DNA of 13,268 nucleotides from Bdellovibrionia bacterium (GTDB lineage: Bacteria; Bdellovibrionota; UBA1018), in the NCBI GenBank assembly GCA_045805065.1, contig JBJMMA010000092.1:1-13268 (forward strand), read 5' to 3'. Positions 1 through 8,065 of this stretch are shown here, one piece after another. A model generated the notes under the pieces. The model did not search any database. It was given only the letters and a program-made list of their open reading frames with translations, and was not told the origin of the DNA. The first letter of the stretch is position 1. Every line of letters starts with the position of its first letter. Made by a program: the position numbers and the translations under genes.

Positions 1-1
1 A

Positions 2-1231
2 ACTCTAACACAAAAACACAATCATACTATCAATAACGATGATATTTTAGTTTACAATGCACCACAATCCAATCTCATGGGTGCAATCGAAGCTTTACCG
101 GATCTCGACTCTTTGCCTCCGGGTTCCTGCGATCTGGTCCTGGTGGGAGACGAGAACATCATCCGCCCTCTCCTCGAGAAACGTCCCTATCAACCGCTTG
201 CCCAGGCGCTCAAAGAAGGGACTTCCCGCAAGGGCTGCCGGGTCAGCCTCCGTCATGCGCCTGAAACTATTGACATGGAAGATTCAATTCGCGCAATCCG
301 GCGCAAACCGAATGCTTCCATCAATGTGGGGTGCCAGCTGGCTGCGGAGAGCTACGAGCAATCGAAAAAGGCGGGCTCACCTCCACCGGCAGCGTTCATC
401 AGCGCCGGTCACTCTGGCGCAATGATGACATCCGCGCTCCTAACGATGGGGCGCCTGAAAGACGTCGAGCGCCCAGCGATCGCCGTAAAACTTCCAACGA
501 TCAGTCGCGATGGCTGCGTGCTTATTGATGTCGGCGCCAATGTCGATTGCAAGCCCGAGCATCTTCGCGATTTTGCGATCATGGGAGCAGCCTTCGCTTC
601 TGTCGAGCGACACAATCCAGCGCTTCCACGCGTCGGTGTTCTCTCCAACGGTGAAGAACGCTCCAAGGGAAATGAACTGACGCGCGCGGCAGCTGAGCTG
701 ATTGATAAACTTCCCTGCCTGAAGCCCGAAAATCCTCAAGCGATTGGCCAATTCGTGGGCTACGCCGAAGGAAAAGAAATCTTCAAAGGTCAGGTCGACG
801 TGGTTGTCACCGACGGTTTTGTCGGAAACGTCGTGCTGAAATCGGTCGAAGGCCTTGGCTCGGCCGTTGTCACCCTCATGAAACAAGAGGGTAAGAAAAA
901 CTTTTTGAATATCTTGGGATTTCTGTTTTCAGCGGGCGCGTTTCGCCGCTTGAAAAAGAAACTCGACTACGCTGAAACTGGCGCTGCCCCGCTTTTAGGG
1001 GTGGCAGGTTATGCGTTTGTCTGTCATGGTCGGTCCAACTCCAGAGCCATTAAAAACGCCCTTCTCCGTGCAAGCACTGCCGTTCAAGAACGGTTGATCG
1101 AGCGCCTGGAAGACGCGTTGGCCACGGTGGATGCGCCCGTAGGATTGCGCGCGCAACATTCTACTGGGGCTACTGGGACCACTGGGGCGTCTGGAGCCAG
1201 CAGCGCAAGCTCATCGGGGCCGGCGCGATAA
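2..1231 (+). CDS. plsX: Phosphate acyltransferase PlsX (5' end partial or corrupted; true start lies upstream of the ATG at 77)
   Basis: PlsX motifs ISAGHSGAMM, VERPAIA, IDVGANVDCKPEHL, VGVLSNGEERSKGN, VDVVVTDGFVGNVVLKSVEG, GAAPLLGV, CHGRS. The frame is open from nt 2 and gives NAPQSNLMGAIEAL, the segment that follows DAMGGD in PlsX. First gene of a fab cluster. Confidence 0.95.
   Translation, partial: TLTQKHNHTINNDDILVYNAPQSNLMGAIEALPDLDSLPPGSCDLVLVGDENIIRPLLEKRPYQPLAQALKEGTSRKGCRVSLRHAPETIDMEDSIRAIRRKPNASINVGCQLAAESYEQSKKAGSPPPAAFISAGHSGAMMTSALLTMGRLKDVERPAIAVKLPTISRDGCVLIDVGANVDCKPEHLRDFAIMGAAFASVERHNPALPRVGVLSNGEERSKGNELTRAAAELIDKLPCLKPENPQAIGQFVGYAEGKEIFKGQVDVVVTDGFVGNVVLKSVEGLGSAVVTLMKQEGKKNFLNILGFLFSAGAFRRLKKKLDYAETGAAPLLGVAGYAFVCHGRSNSRAIKNALLRASTAVQERLIERLEDALATVDAPVGLRAQHSTGATGTTGASGASSASSSGPAR
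1163..1198 (+). repeat. In-frame 9-nt imperfect tandem repeat x4 forming the Thr/Gly/Ala/Ser tail of PlsX
   Basis: actggggct / actgggacc / actggggcg / tctggagcc encodes TGATGTTGASGA. Confidence 0.75.
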
Positions 1232-1282
1232 CTAAAGAAGTTTTAAGAGAGAACTGAGAGAGAAAGAGAGAGTCGAAAATTT

Positions 1283-2299
1283 ATGAATCCTTCCTCGTTG
1301 CCTTTTGCGTCCCGCATTACTGGAACGGGCGCAGCGTTTCCAGAAAAGCGTCTCACCAACGATGATCTGTCGAAGCTAGTTGAAACCAACGACGAATGGA
1401 TTCGTGAACGTACCGGAATTACCGAGCGTCGCATTGCTCGCCCGGACCTGAACGAAGCAGAAAAGAACTCCTCTCTGGGCGCCGTGGCCGCGACCCGCGC
1501 TCTTGAAATGGCCGGAAAGCGCGCCGAAGACATCGACTTGATTCTTTACGCCACTTGCACGCCAGACACTTTGATTCCATCGACTGCCTGCTGGCTTCAA
1601 AAGAAAATCGGCGCAAGCAAAGCCTGGGCACTCGACATGAACGCCGCATGCTCTGGCTTTGTGTTCTCACTTGCAACTGCGGACTCTTTCATCCGCAGCG
1701 GACAATTCAAGACGGCCCTCGTTGTGGGCGGCGATCTTCTTTCTCGTTTCACCAACTGGGACGATCGCGGATCCTGTATCCTCTTTGGCGACGGTGTCGG
1801 CGCCATGGTCGTTGAGCGCACCAGCGCAACAGATCAACATCGCATTTACTCATCCCATCTTGGATCGGATGGAACCCTCTGGGACACCTTCCACATTGTT
1901 GCCGGCGGATCGAATCTTCCTTTGACTCCAGAACTCCTCGAGCAAAGGCAAGACAAGATGCAGATGAAGGGCCGCGAAATGTTCAAAGTCGCAGTGAAGG
2001 GACTTGCCGAATACGCGGCTATTGCGCTCGAAAACAACGGCCTCACCAAAGATCAACTCGACTGGCTCGTTCCGCATCAAGCCAACTTGCGCATTATTGA
2101 AGCCGTTGCAAAGCGCCTCGAGTTCCCGATGGAGAAAGTGATCGTCAACATCGATCGCTTCGGAAACACTTCGTCCGCAACGGTTCCTACGGCATTTGAC
2201 GAAGCAGTTCGCGATGGCCGGGTCAAATCCGGTCAAACCGTGCTTTTCGATGTCTTCGGCGCGGGCCTCACCTATGGCTCGATGCTGATTCGCTGGTAA
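1283..2299 (+). CDS. fabH: Beta-ketoacyl-ACP synthase III
   Basis: ETNDEWIRERTGI, catalytic Cys in NAACSGF, ILFGDG, catalytic His in PHQANLRII, catalytic Asn in GNTSSA, C-terminal FGAGLTYG. Confidence 0.97.
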   Translation: MNPSSLPFASRITGTGAAFPEKRLTNDDLSKLVETNDEWIRERTGITERRIARPDLNEAEKNSSLGAVAATRALEMAGKRAEDIDLILYATCTPDTLIPSTACWLQKKIGASKAWALDMNAACSGFVFSLATADSFIRSGQFKTALVVGGDLLSRFTNWDDRGSCILFGDGVGAMVVERTSATDQHRIYSSHLGSDGTLWDTFHIVAGGSNLPLTPELLEQRQDKMQMKGREMFKVAVKGLAEYAAIALENNGLTKDQLDWLVPHQANLRIIEAVAKRLEFPMEKVIVNIDRFGNTSSATVPTAFDEAVRDGRVKSGQTVLFDVFGAGLTYGSMLIRW

Positions 2300-2329
2300 T
2301 TTTTGGATTTATCATTTCAGGAGAGAGAT

Positions 2330-3349
2330 ATGAGTCAGATTTTCGCGCTTTTCCCAGGCCAGGGATCCCAACATGTGGGAATGGCCAAGGACCTTCACGA
2401 GAATTTCAAAATCGTTCGTGAGCTTTTTGAAGAAGCCTCCGACGCCATCAGCAAGGATCTTAAAAAGCTTTGCTTTGACGGCCCGGATAGCGATCTTGTG
2501 CTGACGGAAAACACTCAGCCTGCGCTTTTGGTTTCATCCGTTGCGGCTTTCCGCGTTGCAGAAGCTGAGTACGGCTTCAAACCCTCTGCGGTTGCAGGAC
2601 ACTCCCTGGGTGAATACTCCGCTCTGGTTGCCGCGGGCGCACTGCCTCTGGCGACCGCCGCACGCTGGGTGCGTGAGCGCGGTAAAGCCATGCAGATCGC
2701 TGTACCTGCCGGACAAGGCACGATGGCTGCGATCATGGGCATGGAAGACGTTCAGATCGGTCTTCTATGCGAACGCGCCACTGCGAACGCAAAAGCCAAG
2801 CGCGCTTCAGGTGAGAATGCCGAACTTACCGTTGAAGCGGTTGTTGAACCCGCTAACTTCAATTCTCCAGGCCAGGTTGTGATCGCAGGATCCACCGACG
2901 CTGTCGCCGAAGCGGTTGCCCTGATCAAGGCAGGAGGAGATTTCGCGGGAGGAAAAGCGATTCCGCTTTCCGTCAGCGCTCCTTTCCATTGCAAACTCAT
3001 GGCCCCGGCCCGCTCTCGCATGGCCGAACTATTCAGCCAGGCTCGCCCGGAAGAAAAGCCAAAGACCTTGAACGCTCCTTACGTTCCAAACCGCACAGCT
3101 CGCATGACTCGTGAAACGGGTCTTGTGTTTGAGCTCTTGGTGGAACAAGTCGATCACCCGGTTCTCTGGAAGCAATCGATTATGGGTGTTCTAGAATCCG
3201 GCACCTCGACCTTCGTTGAGTTCGGGCCAGGAAAAGTTTTGACCGGTCTTGTGAAGCGTATTTCTCAACCGATGGGCAAGACAGTTCAGCTTCATCAGAT
3301 GAACGACACCGCAACGCTGAGAGCGATTGAAGCGGTTTTGAAAGGATAA
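2330..3349 (+). CDS. fabD: Malonyl-CoA:ACP transacylase
   Basis: FPGQGSQ, TENTQPAL, catalytic GHSLGEY, ANFNSPGQVVIAG, LSVSAPFHC, VEFGPGKVL. Start moved from the TTG at 2303 to the ATG at 2330, which follows CAGGAG (SD). Confidence 0.96.
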   Translation: MSQIFALFPGQGSQHVGMAKDLHENFKIVRELFEEASDAISKDLKKLCFDGPDSDLVLTENTQPALLVSSVAAFRVAEAEYGFKPSAVAGHSLGEYSALVAAGALPLATAARWVRERGKAMQIAVPAGQGTMAAIMGMEDVQIGLLCERATANAKAKRASGENAELTVEAVVEPANFNSPGQVVIAGSTDAVAEAVALIKAGGDFAGGKAIPLSVSAPFHCKLMAPARSRMAELFSQARPEEKPKTLNAPYVPNRTARMTRETGLVFELLVEQVDHPVLWKQSIMGVLESGTSTFVEFGPGKVLTGLVKRISQPMGKTVQLHQMNDTATLRAIEAVLKG

Positions 3350-3355
3350 CTCCAG

Positions 3356-4102
3356 ATGACCACTTCCACTAAACCCGTTGCTTTAGTCACTGGCGCTTCT
3401 CGCGGTATCGGCGCATCGATTGCTGAAAAGCTCGCTAAGGACGGTTTTCACGTCCTGATCAACTACACTTCAAACGAGTCCAAGGCCCGCGAAGTTCAAA
3501 CCCGCATTCAAGCTGAAGGCGGCACTGCTGACATCTGCCAGTTTGACGTTTCGAACTCTGCACAGGTCGATGAAAAGTTCGATTGGATTGCCAAGACTTT
3601 TGGTCCAGTGAACGTTTTGGTCAACAATGCAGGCATCACGATTGATTCCCTTCTTCTTCGTTTGAAGGATGAGGATCTTGATAAGACTTTGAATATCGAC
3701 TTGAAGGGCGCAATTTATTGCTGCCGGGCTGCCGCCAAGCAGATGATGCGCGAGCGAAAAGGCAGCATGATCCAGGTTTCTTCCGTCATCGGTGAGATGG
3801 GCAATGCAGGCCAATCAGCCTATGCCGCCGCCAAAGCCGGTATGATTGGATTTGCGAAAAGTATGGCAAAAGAGCTTGCTAGCCGCCAAATTCGGGTCAA
3901 TGTCGTAACACCCGGCTTTATCGCCACTGATATGACTGGGGCCTTGACGGATGCTCAAAAAGAAGCCATTCTGCGGACCGTCCCGCTCGGAAACTTAGGT
4001 CAGCCTGAGGATGTGGCCAACTTGGTCGCATTTCTTGCCTCGCCGGCAAGTCGTTATATTACCGGCCAGGTTATTGGAGTGAACGGCGGGCTTTATATTT
4101 AA
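3356..4102 (+). CDS. fabG: 3-oxoacyl-ACP reductase
   Basis: SDR motifs [30 protein letters not shown] (YxxxK), [22 protein letters not shown]. Located between fabD and acpP. Confidence 0.97.
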   Translation: MTTSTKPVALVTGASRGIGASIAEKLAKDGFHVLINYTSNESKAREVQTRIQAEGGTADICQFDVSNSAQVDEKFDWIAKTFGPVNVLVNNAGITIDSLLLRLKDEDLDKTLNIDLKGAIYCCRAAAKQMMRERKGSMIQVSSVIGEMGNAGQSAYAAAKAGMIGFAKSMAKELASRQIRVNVVTPGFIATDMTGALTDAQKEAILRTVPLGNLGQPEDVANLVAFLASPASRYITGQVIGVNGGLYI

Positions 4103-4105
4103 GAG

Positions 4106-4170
4106 TTTTGGGAGTCCCAATTTTTGGTTGTCCCACTTGGTTGTCGATGCAGTTGGTCGACGCAGTTCAG
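4106..4170 (+). repeat. Degenerate 13-16 nt tandem repeats in the fabG-acpP spacer
   Basis: ttttgggagtcccaat / ttttggttgtcccac / ttggttgtcgatgcag / ttggtcgacgcag / ttcag. Confidence 0.6.
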
Positions 4171-4230
4171 TAGGCAGGATAAATCGATCGATTGAAACCG
4201 GTTTAACTGTCGTTATTTTAAGGAGAGAAA

Positions 4231-4473
4231 ATGTCTGCTTCCGTTGAAGAAAGAGTCAAAACCATCATCTGTGATCAACTTGCTGTAGAGCCAGAAAAGG
4301 TCACTCAGACGGCTTCATTCATCGATGATCTCGGCGCTGATAGCTTGGACATCGTTGAGCTCGTCATGACGATGGAAGAAGAATTCGACCTCGATATTCC
4401 AGATGAAGATGCTGAGAAGATGAAGACGGTCGGTGACGTGGTGAAGTACATTTCCTCCAAGGCCACTCACTAA
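4231..4473 (+). CDS. acpP: Acyl carrier protein
   Basis: 80 aa, acidic, with [14 protein letters not shown] (phosphopantetheine Ser) and [15 protein letters not shown]. Strong SD AAGGAG at 4220-4225. Confidence 0.98.
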   Translation: MSASVEERVKTIICDQLAVEPEKVTQTASFIDDLGADSLDIVELVMTMEEEFDLDIPDEDAEKMKTVGDVVKYISSKATH

Positions 4474-4501
4474 TTTATTATTCGAAAGAAGGTTCAACAG
4501 G

Positions 4502-5836
4502 ATGAACGGAAACACTGACTCTCGCGGCCGCCGTCGCGTAGTCGTTACTGGAATCGGAGCTGTCACTCCACTCGGGCTTACCGCTCGCGAGACCTGGAGC
4601 AATGCGCTCGAAGGTCGCTCAGGAGTCCAGCAAATCTCTCTCTTTGACGCAGTTGGAACCGGATGCCCGGTGACCTTTGCCGCTGAAGTGAAGGGCTTTG
4701 ATGTTACCCGCCCAGTAGGTCCGTTTCATCCTGTTCCGAACTCTGAAGAGCACACGATCACTCAAGCTGCGAACGCGAAAGATGCTCGCCGCGTGGGCCG
4801 CTTCGTGCACTTGGCTCTTGCCGCGGGCCTTGAAGCCTACGGTGACTCAGGACTCGATGCAGTCCGTTCCCAAATTCGCCCAGAGCGTATGGGAATCAAT
4901 ATCGGCGTTGGAATGGGCGGTCTCCCTGAGATCGAGTCCGTTCACAATGATTATCTCGCCAAGGGATATCGCCGCATCACTCCTTTCTTTATCCCACAAG
5001 TCATTGCCAACATGGCCTCAGGCCAGCTGAGCATTTTGTTGAACTTGCAGGGACCCAACCTTTGTAACGTGACAGCCTGTACCTCCAGCGCTCACAGCAT
5101 CGGCGAGTCTTTCCGCCAGATTCAGCGCGGAGATGCGGATGTCATGATCGCAGGCGGCGCTGAAGCCGTGATCTCGATCCTGGCGATCGGTGGTTTTGCC
5201 TCGATGAAGGCTCTCTCCACTCGCAATGAAGAACCTACGCGCGCGTCGCGTCCGTTTGATAAAGACCGCGACGGCTTTGTCATGGGTGAAGGTGCAGCGG
5301 TTCTCATTCTTGAAGATTACGAACACGCGAAAAAGCGTGGCGCAAAAATTTACGGCGAAATCAAAGGTTACGGCCTCTCTGCTGACGCCTATCACATGAC
5401 CTCCCCTGCTCCTGAAGGCGAAGGCGGCGGTCGCGCAATGAAGATGGCGCTCGATGATTCGGGTCTCAATCCTGAGCAAGTCGGCTACGTCAATGCGCAC
5501 GGAACCTCGACTCCTGCAGGCGACGTTGAAGAGTCTCGCGCGATTGCAAAGCTCTTCCCACGCGGCCCAGAGCATCTCCACATCAGCTCAACGAAGTCGA
5601 TGACCGGACATCTGCTGGGCGCTGCAGGCGCCATCGAAGCCATGTTCTCGATCTTTGCAATTCGCGAAGGCCGCATTCCTCCGACGATCAACCTTGAAAA
5701 TCTTGATCCAGGTTGCGTGGAGCTTAAGCTCGACTTCACGGCAAACCGTGCGGTTGAAAAGAAAGTGGACTACGCTTTGTCCAATAGCTTTGGCTTTGGC
5801 GGTACTAATGGATCTTTGATCTTCGGGAAAATTTAA
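4502..5836 (+). CDS. fabF: Beta-ketoacyl-ACP synthase II
   Basis: RRVVVTGIGAVTPLG, catalytic Cys in TACTSS, SRPFDKDRDGFVMGEG, His in NAHGTST, His in STKSMTGHLLGAAG, SNSFGFGGTNG. Confidence 0.97.
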   Translation: MNGNTDSRGRRRVVVTGIGAVTPLGLTARETWSNALEGRSGVQQISLFDAVGTGCPVTFAAEVKGFDVTRPVGPFHPVPNSEEHTITQAANAKDARRVGRFVHLALAAGLEAYGDSGLDAVRSQIRPERMGINIGVGMGGLPEIESVHNDYLAKGYRRITPFFIPQVIANMASGQLSILLNLQGPNLCNVTACTSSAHSIGESFRQIQRGDADVMIAGGAEAVISILAIGGFASMKALSTRNEEPTRASRPFDKDRDGFVMGEGAAVLILEDYEHAKKRGAKIYGEIKGYGLSADAYHMTSPAPEGEGGGRAMKMALDDSGLNPEQVGYVNAHGTSTPAGDVEESRAIAKLFPRGPEHLHISSTKSMTGHLLGAAGAIEAMFSIFAIREGRIPPTINLENLDPGCVELKLDFTANRAVEKKVDYALSNSFGFGGTNGSLIFGKI

Positions 5837-5877
5837 AGATTTTCGGTAAGATCTAACGGTTCTTGGTTTGATCTGAA
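5818..5877 (+). repeat. 20-nt imperfect tandem repeat x3 copying the last five codons and stop of fabF
   Basis: gATCTTCGGGAAAATTTAAa / gATTTTCGGTAAGATCTAAc / gGTTCTTGGTTTGATCTGAa; exact 20-nt period. Confidence 0.85.
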
Positions 5878-5888
5878 CTTTTAATTTT

Positions 5889-5937
5889 AAGGCCTGCTCG
5901 TCTCAATGGATTTGAGATGAGTGGGCCTTTTAGTTTT
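5889..5937 (+). terminator. Rho-independent terminator of the fab cluster
   Basis: 18-bp stem aaggcctgctcgtctcaa (5889-5906) / ttgagatgagtgggcctt (5912-5929) with G-U pairs, 5-nt loop, followed by ttagtttt. Confidence 0.85.
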
Positions 5938-6256
5938 CAGGGTTCTTACTTAGCTATTGCGACTCGCTAAATCGATAGACTTGTACGCGATATTCAGCTT
6001 TCTACGCGCGTAATTATTAATATACGTACGCGCGAAGCTGATTCTAGATGCACTGGGAGAAATGGGCATTTCGATAAATATGCTGCACTGCTTCTTCGCG
6101 CGAAGAGATGGTGCGTCGAAGTCCGAAGCCTGGACTCAGATCTGAAATGCAATCACTTGAATGCATGAGCTGCTCTGAATACTTGCTGTCCGCAAAATCT
6201 TTACTCGCGAGTGGCCACTAGCAGAAATTTTACCCTTGGGTTAGTCTGCCACTCAT

Positions 6257-6709
6257 ATGCGCGGACGCGTCTTAATTGCTTCAGATCATGCAGGGATTGA
6301 ACTTAAGAGAGACCTTCAAAAAGGTTTATCCGATTGGGAATGGATTGACCTTGGCCCGACTCAAGTTGCCCGCGTGGATTATCCGGATTTTGCGGAACTT
6401 CTGGGTCGCAAAATCGCGGCCGGTGAAGCTGAAAATGGCGTACTGATCTGCGGAAGCGGAATCGGTATGAGCATTGCCGCCAACAAGATCCCTGGCGTTC
6501 GGGCTGCCGTTGTTGAGAATCCGATCGCAGCACGCTTGGCGCGCGAGCACAACAACGCCAATGTCCTTTGCCTGGGCGCGCGCTTTACGGCCGCTGAGTA
6601 TGCCGCAGAAATCGTGGCGACCTGGCTTGAAACAAAGTTTGATCCGAAAGCGGGTGGCGGACGCCATCAAGGCCGAATCGAAAAAATTGCAAAACTTGAA
6701 AGCTGTTAA
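6257..6709 (+). CDS. rpiB: Ribose-5-phosphate isomerase B
   Basis: IASDHAG, VDYPDFA, LICGSGIGMSIAANK, LAREHNNANVLCLG, GGRHQGRI. Directly upstream of glyA, a common arrangement. Confidence 0.96.
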   Translation: MRGRVLIASDHAGIELKRDLQKGLSDWEWIDLGPTQVARVDYPDFAELLGRKIAAGEAENGVLICGSGIGMSIAANKIPGVRAAVVENPIAARLAREHNNANVLCLGARFTAAEYAAEIVATWLETKFDPKAGGGRHQGRIEKIAKLESC

Positions 6710-6739
6710 ACTCTAACAGACCCCTCTTAGGAGATCCCC

Positions 6740-8026
6740 ATGAGCTCTTCTCATAACGAATCCTTTCTCAGAAATTTGAAAACCGCTGATCCTTCCATTC
6801 ATGGCTGGATCCAGAAAGAGCTGGGTCGCGAAGAAGACGGCCTGGAAATGATCGCATCTGAGAACTATGTCAGCCGCGCCGTTCTTGAAGCACAAGGCTC
6901 GGTTCTCACCAACAAGTACGCTGAAGGTTATCCTGGCAAGCGCTACTACGGCGGCTGCGAGTACGTGGATCATGTTGAGTCGATCGCCATTGAGCGCGTC
7001 TGCAAAATCTTTGGTGCTGAAGCAGCAAACGTTCAAGCGCATTCAGGATCTCAAGCCAATATGGCAGCCTACCTCTCGCTCATGCAGCCAGGCGATACGA
7101 TGGTGGGAATGAGCCTTTCTCATGGCGGACATCTCACGCACGGAAGCCCGGTGAACTTCAGCGGCAAGCTCTTCAAAGTTGTCAGCTACGGCCTTCATCC
7201 TGAAACCCACCGCCTGGACTACAATCAGATCCGCGACATTTGCATGAAAGAGCGTCCAAAGGTTCTCGTTGCTGGCACAAGCGCTTATCCTCGCACCATT
7301 GATTTCGAGACGATGGGAAAAATCGCTGATGAAGTGGGCGCAGCCTTTGTGGTCGATATGGCTCACATCGCAGGACTGGTGGCAGCAGGACTTCATCCTT
7401 CCCCTATTCCACACGCAAAATACACGACGTCCACGACGCACAAAACATTGCGCGGCCCTCGCGGCGGTTTGATCCTGGCTCGCAAGGCCGAGGACATCAA
7501 AGCGGTCAATTCTCAGATCTTCCCAGGAATCCAAGGCGGACCTCTCATGCATGTGATCGCTGCAAAAGCGGTCGCGTTTGGTGAAGCACTCGCTCCAGAG
7601 TTCGCCGCTTACCAAGAGCAGATTCTCCTCAACGCAAGAGCCTTGGCTGAAGCACTCATGAGCAAGGGCTTCAAGCTTGTGACCGACGGTACGGATAACC
7701 ATCTGATGCTGGTTGACCTCACCGCCTACGGCGACGGATCCATCAGCGGAAAAGACGCTGAGAACTGGCTCGATCACGCCGGCATCACGGTCAATAAGAA
7801 CACCATCCCGAATGAGAAGCGCAGCCCGTTTGTCACGAGCGGCGTCCGCATCGGCGTTCCTGCCATCACGACCCGCGGAATGGGGACTTCTGAAATGAAA
7901 ACAATTGCGGGCTGGATTGACGACGCTCTGAAAACCCGGGGAGATGCTGATCGTTTGGGTCAGATTCGCTCGCAGGTCCGTGAACTTTGTAAGAAATTCC
8001 CGCTTTACGGTTCTACGCTAGCCTAG
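6740..8026 (+). CDS. glyA: Serine hydroxymethyltransferase
   Basis: [47 protein letters not shown]-lysine motif [32 protein letters not shown] upstream. Confidence 0.98.
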   Translation: MSSSHNESFLRNLKTADPSIHGWIQKELGREEDGLEMIASENYVSRAVLEAQGSVLTNKYAEGYPGKRYYGGCEYVDHVESIAIERVCKIFGAEAANVQAHSGSQANMAAYLSLMQPGDTMVGMSLSHGGHLTHGSPVNFSGKLFKVVSYGLHPETHRLDYNQIRDICMKERPKVLVAGTSAYPRTIDFETMGKIADEVGAAFVVDMAHIAGLVAAGLHPSPIPHAKYTTSTTHKTLRGPRGGLILARKAEDIKAVNSQIFPGIQGGPLMHVIAAKAVAFGEALAPEFAAYQEQILLNARALAEALMSKGFKLVTDGTDNHLMLVDLTAYGDGSISGKDAENWLDHAGITVNKNTIPNEKRSPFVTSGVRIGVPAITTRGMGTSEMKTIAGWIDDALKTRGDADRLGQIRSQVRELCKKFPLYGSTLA

Positions 8027-8065
8027 ACGCGGGGGATCATGTTAAGAGCTTAACTAGCTCTTTTT

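Noticed and set aside
4192..4219. TTGAAA-16-TATTTT as an acpP promoter
   Set aside because: The implied start site would fall within or just after the SD sequence (4220-4225), which is implausible.
1283..5836. Type II PKS or specialised lipid biosynthetic cluster
   Set aside because: Gene order and motifs are those of canonical primary FAS II; there is no chain-length factor or tailoring enzyme.
6048..6145. Small ORFs in the fabF-rpiB spacer (MHWEKWAFR at 6048-6077; 27-aa ORF at 6062-6145) as leader peptides
   Set aside because: No properly spaced SD, no Ser/Gly enrichment relevant to glyA, and no attenuator-type terminator downstream.
5940..6256. Known riboswitch (ZTP, glycine, THF), tRNA or other housekeeping RNA
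   Set aside because: I could not find the consensus elements by eye (for example ZTP GACUG...CGCCUGGG, or a tRNA T-loop GTTCRA in a cloverleaf). An Rfam scan is still needed.
7043..7777. 244-aa antisense ORF, plus similar shadow ORFs at 440-886, 1850-2236, 5018-5581, 8084-8536 and 8466-9074
   Set aside because: They lie essentially opposite well-conserved housekeeping genes and show no motifs; typical codon-bias shadows.
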